Shown here: piece by piece, positions 61,089 through 64,000 of the stretch
Layout: every line of letters starts with the position of its first letter
Position numbering within the stretch: the stretch's first letter is position 1
Position numbers and translations under genes: made by a program
Notes under the pieces: model-generated
Seen by the model: only the letters and a program-made list of their open reading frames with translations
What the model was told of the DNA's origin: nothing
Database searches by the model: none
NCBI GenBank assembly: GCA_963777605.1
Contig: CAVZRV010000008.1
Coordinates: 384,001 to 448,000 of the forward strand
Direction: 5' to 3'
From: an uncultured Acidobacteriota bacterium
GTDB taxonomy: Bacteria > Acidobacteriota > UBA6911 > RPQK01 > JAPXNP01
DNA length: 64,000 nt

Positions 61089-62081
61089 ATGGCGGGGCGA
61101 CGCAAGGTTGGAATCGATACACGGGCCCTGGCGGGGGGCGCCGCAGGGATCGCGACCTACGTCGGGGAGTTGATGCGGAACCTGGATTGCCTGGAAGGGC
61201 TCGCTCCGCGACACCCCAGGAACAATTTTCTCTGGAACCAGCTCTGGGGGACCCTCGCTCCGATCGCGCGACGTTGGAGGGTTTTCCATGCTCCCGGCTA
61301 CACGTCCCCTTTGGTCAACTGGGCGAAACTGGTTCTTTCTGTCCACGATGTCTCCTACCTGATGGGTCCCGAATACTACCCCTACCAGTTGGATCGCTTT
61401 CGCCTCGCCTATTACCGGGCGTCGCTGCGGGCGGCCGATCGAATCATCGTCCCTTCGACCTTTTCCGAGACGGAGCTGCTGAGACTCGTACCGGAAGCGG
61501 CGGGACGGGTCCGAAAGATCCCTCTCGCGGTTGGTGACGATTTCTTCCCTGATCGGGATGCCGCCCGGGCGGTTCGGGAGAGATTGGCCCTGCCCGATAC
61601 CTTCGCCCTGCATGTCGGGGACATTCACCCGAGGCGAAACATTCCGCTGATCCTGCGTGCCGCTTCCCGTGCCGGTCTGCCGGTGGTGCTGGTCGGGAGA
61701 ATCCTTTCGGGGGATCCAGCGAGCCTGTCCGGAGTGGTGAGGTTCGAAAATGTTTCCCGCGAAACCCTGCGTGCTCTCTACAGCGTGGCCTCGGTATTCG
61801 TTTATGCGTCGGTCTACGAGGGATTCGGCCTGCCTCTCCTCGAAGCGATGGCCTGTGGACTTCCCGTGGTGGCTGCCGCCCGCGCTTCGGTTCCCGAGGT
61901 TTGCGGGGACGCGGCGGTGCTGGTCGAACCAATCGAAGACGAAATTGTCCGAGGGATTCGTGATGTGCTGGGTGAACGTGCGGTCTTTGCTGAGAAGGGG
62001 CGGGAGCAGGCGGCCCGGTTCAGCTGGAAAGAGACAGCCCGATCAACCCGCCGGGTGTATGAAGAACTGGGCCTCAGCTGA
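61089..62081 (+). CDS. Glycosyltransferase family 4 (MtfB-like)
   Basis: GIATYV, VHDVSY, SVYEGFGLPLLEAMACG, FSWKETA. Confidence 0.93.
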   Translation: MAGRRKVGIDTRALAGGAAGIATYVGELMRNLDCLEGLAPRHPRNNFLWNQLWGTLAPIARRWRVFHAPGYTSPLVNWAKLVLSVHDVSYLMGPEYYPYQLDRFRLAYYRASLRAADRIIVPSTFSETELLRLVPEAAGRVRKIPLAVGDDFFPDRDAARAVRERLALPDTFALHVGDIHPRRNIPLILRAASRAGLPVVLVGRILSGDPASLSGVVRFENVSRETLRALYSVASVFVYASVYEGFGLPLLEAMACGLPVVAAARASVPEVCGDAAVLVEPIEDEIVRGIRDVLGERAVFAEKGREQAARFSWKETARSTRRVYEELGLS

Positions 62082-62091
62082 GAAGGGGCGC

Positions 62092-62979
62092 TTACCCTCT
62101 GGACCCGACTTCTTCGACTCCGCGGATTCGTTGCGCAAACCGGCTCCCCAGGTACATCAGCCGAATTCCGCCCAGTACGAGGGATCGCTCAACGATTGAG
62201 GCGTCGGCGCCGAAGTGTTTTTCGTAGAAGATGCGCATCGCGTTGTAGAAGTGGAAGTTGCTTTCGTTCGGCCGCCTCGAAGAACTGCCCCGCTTGATGT
62301 GGGTGATGCGGGCAGCAGGGTAGTAGACGATCTCCCAGCCGGCTTCGGAGGCGCGAAGGCAGAAGTCGAGGTCCTCGCCGTAGAGGAAGAAGGTTTCGTC
62401 GAGATAACCACTGGTGTCCAGCACTTCGTGCCGAAAGAGGAGGAACGAGCCCGAGACGGCTTCGACCGGGTGAGTCTCCGTGTCCGGCTGGTACGAGTAG
62501 TTGTAGGCGGAGAACCGGGGGCTCCTTGGAAAGAGTGTGGACAGCCCCGAGAATCTATAGAACGCCACCGAAGGACGCGGAATACTCCTGCGGCACGCCC
62601 GCTGGAGGGTCCCATCGGGGTTCTCGACCCTGCAGCCCATGATGCCGATCGACGGATGAGCGTCGATGAACTCCAGCGAACGCTCGATGGCCCGGTCGCG
62701 AACCAGGGAGTCGGGGTTGAGCAAAAGGTAGTAGGCGGCCGGTTGCCTCCGGATCCCCTGGTTGCAGGCGGTGGAGAAACCCACGTTGATCGGGTTCGGA
62801 ATGAGTTCAACCTGCGCGAAGCGCTCTGTCAGGGCCCGCACCGAGTCCTGGTCGTCAGAAGCGTTGTCCACTACGACGACGGAACATGGTATCCGGCCGG
62901 TCTCGGCGTAGATGCTTTCCAGGCACCGCTCCAGGTGGTCGGTCGAGTTGTAGTTGACGATGACGATGGAAATCTTCAT
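62092..62979 (-). CDS. Glycosyltransferase family 2 (WbbL-like)
   Basis: ISIVIVNYN, DNASDD, NVGFSTACNQG, LLNPDS, FFLYGEDLDFC. Confidence 0.93.
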   Translation of the reverse strand: MKISIVIVNYNSTDHLERCLESIYAETGRIPCSVVVVDNASDDQDSVRALTERFAQVELIPNPINVGFSTACNQGIRRQPAAYYLLLNPDSLVRDRAIERSLEFIDAHPSIGIMGCRVENPDGTLQRACRRSIPRPSVAFYRFSGLSTLFPRSPRFSAYNYSYQPDTETHPVEAVSGSFLLFRHEVLDTSGYLDETFFLYGEDLDFCLRASEAGWEIVYYPAARITHIKRGSSSRRPNESNFHFYNAMRIFYEKHFGADASIVERSLVLGGIRLMYLGSRFAQRIRGVEEVGSRG

Positions 62980-63943
62980 TGAACCGCCGGTTTAATCCGA
63001 TGCCGCAGCCAGTTCCGATCCATCATCGCACGCAACTCCCTGGGAGACACCTTCCGGGAAGATTGGATAGCCCGCCGTTTTGCCCTGATTTCGCCGATGC
63101 GTCGGACAAAATCCCACTTGGCGCGGATGAAAGACCCGCCCCTTCCTTTGGCCGTAAAGTAGGCCAGGGAGAGGACATTGAAGAAGAGTCGCTCCGGCAG
63201 GTAGCGGAACAGCATTGATCCGGGCATGTTCTTCCAGAAGAGGAACTCCGAGTTGCGGTGCCCGTAATAGACATAAGTGTCACTGTACTGACCGATACTC
63301 TGGTTGACTCGGTGGTGAACGAGGGCGCCGGGAACGTAAAGGCAACGATGACCGAGAAGGCGGGCTCTCATGTTGAGGTCGGAGTCTTCGTAGACCAGGA
63401 AGAAATCGGAGTCGAATCCCCCGACTTCCTCGAGGAGGTCGCGGCGGTAAAGAGCCGCAGCGCCGCAGGGGCCGAAGACTTCTCTCCGCTCGAGGTATTG
63501 GCCGGCATCCCGGCCGTGTCCGATCTTGTATGCGGCTCCCACGACGGCCATCGCATCGCCGGCGCTGTCGATCATCGATGGTCTTCCCGCAAAGACGATC
63601 CTGGAGGCCCAGAACGACCACGGGGGGCAGTCGCCCCAAGAAGGCTGCTGAGCCAGGCCGGGTCGAGTACAAGGTCGTTGTTGAGGAACGCCACCAGGTC
63701 GCTGTCGGTCTCTCTTATTCCGAGATTGCAGGCACCGGCATAGCCCAGGTTTTCGACCGAAGCGATCAGACGAACCCCGGGATAATTCGCCTTGAGATGG
63801 TCGGGGCTTCCGTCGTGGGAAGCGTTGTCGATCACGAGAATGTCGTCAGGCGGTCGCTCCTGACCCAGGAGCGAATCCAGGCAACTGTCGATAAGTCCCT
63901 GGCCGTTGTAGTTGACAATGACCGCAGCGACCGTGGAAGGCAC
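62976..63943 (-). CDS. Glycosyltransferase family 2, frameshift in the G6 run at 63622-63627
   Basis: ORF 63572..63943 (VNYNG, DNASHDGS, FLNND) continues as WSFWASRI...IDSAGD...FFLVYEDSDL in ORF 62976..63575. Confidence 0.85.
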
Positions 63944-64000
63944 AGCGCGGTATTATAATACGTCGGTTCACAATGAACAGTGATGAGGTGCAGCAAAGCT

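Overview
GC-rich bacterial window, probably Acidobacteriota: the tmRNA tag is ANNQLALAA and the secreted proteins carry Acidobacteria-type C-terminal beta-sandwich domains (inference). 1-15 kb is mostly housekeeping: HtrA-like PDZ protease, uvrA, DHS-like protein, coaE, sulfatase-like protein, methyltransferase, ssrA, VIT1, hybrid histidine kinase and an M23 peptidase. 16-64 kb looks like one cell-surface superlocus. It holds an ECF sigma/anti-sigma pair leading straight into a type II secretion operon in xps-like order (E-F-G-H-I-J-K-L-M-C/N-D), a second convergent ECF/anti-sigma pair, and uncharacterised signal-peptide proteins that seem to share a beta-sandwich module (two ~200-aa paralogs, a 637-aa S-layer candidate, two ~1100-aa PKD/Ig-repeat paralogs). 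These sit among 8 GT2 and 2 GT4 genes, a double-methyltransferase/coiled-coil protein, a Wzm permease and an O-antigen-ligase/O-OTase with TPR. Best hypothesis: a T2SS-exported, O-glycosylated S-layer or surface-fibre system. Also present: a modular palindromic intergenic repeat family whose blocks occur in shuffled order, a recurring leaderless-type promoter pattern, and 7 single-base frameshifts that look like long-read errors.
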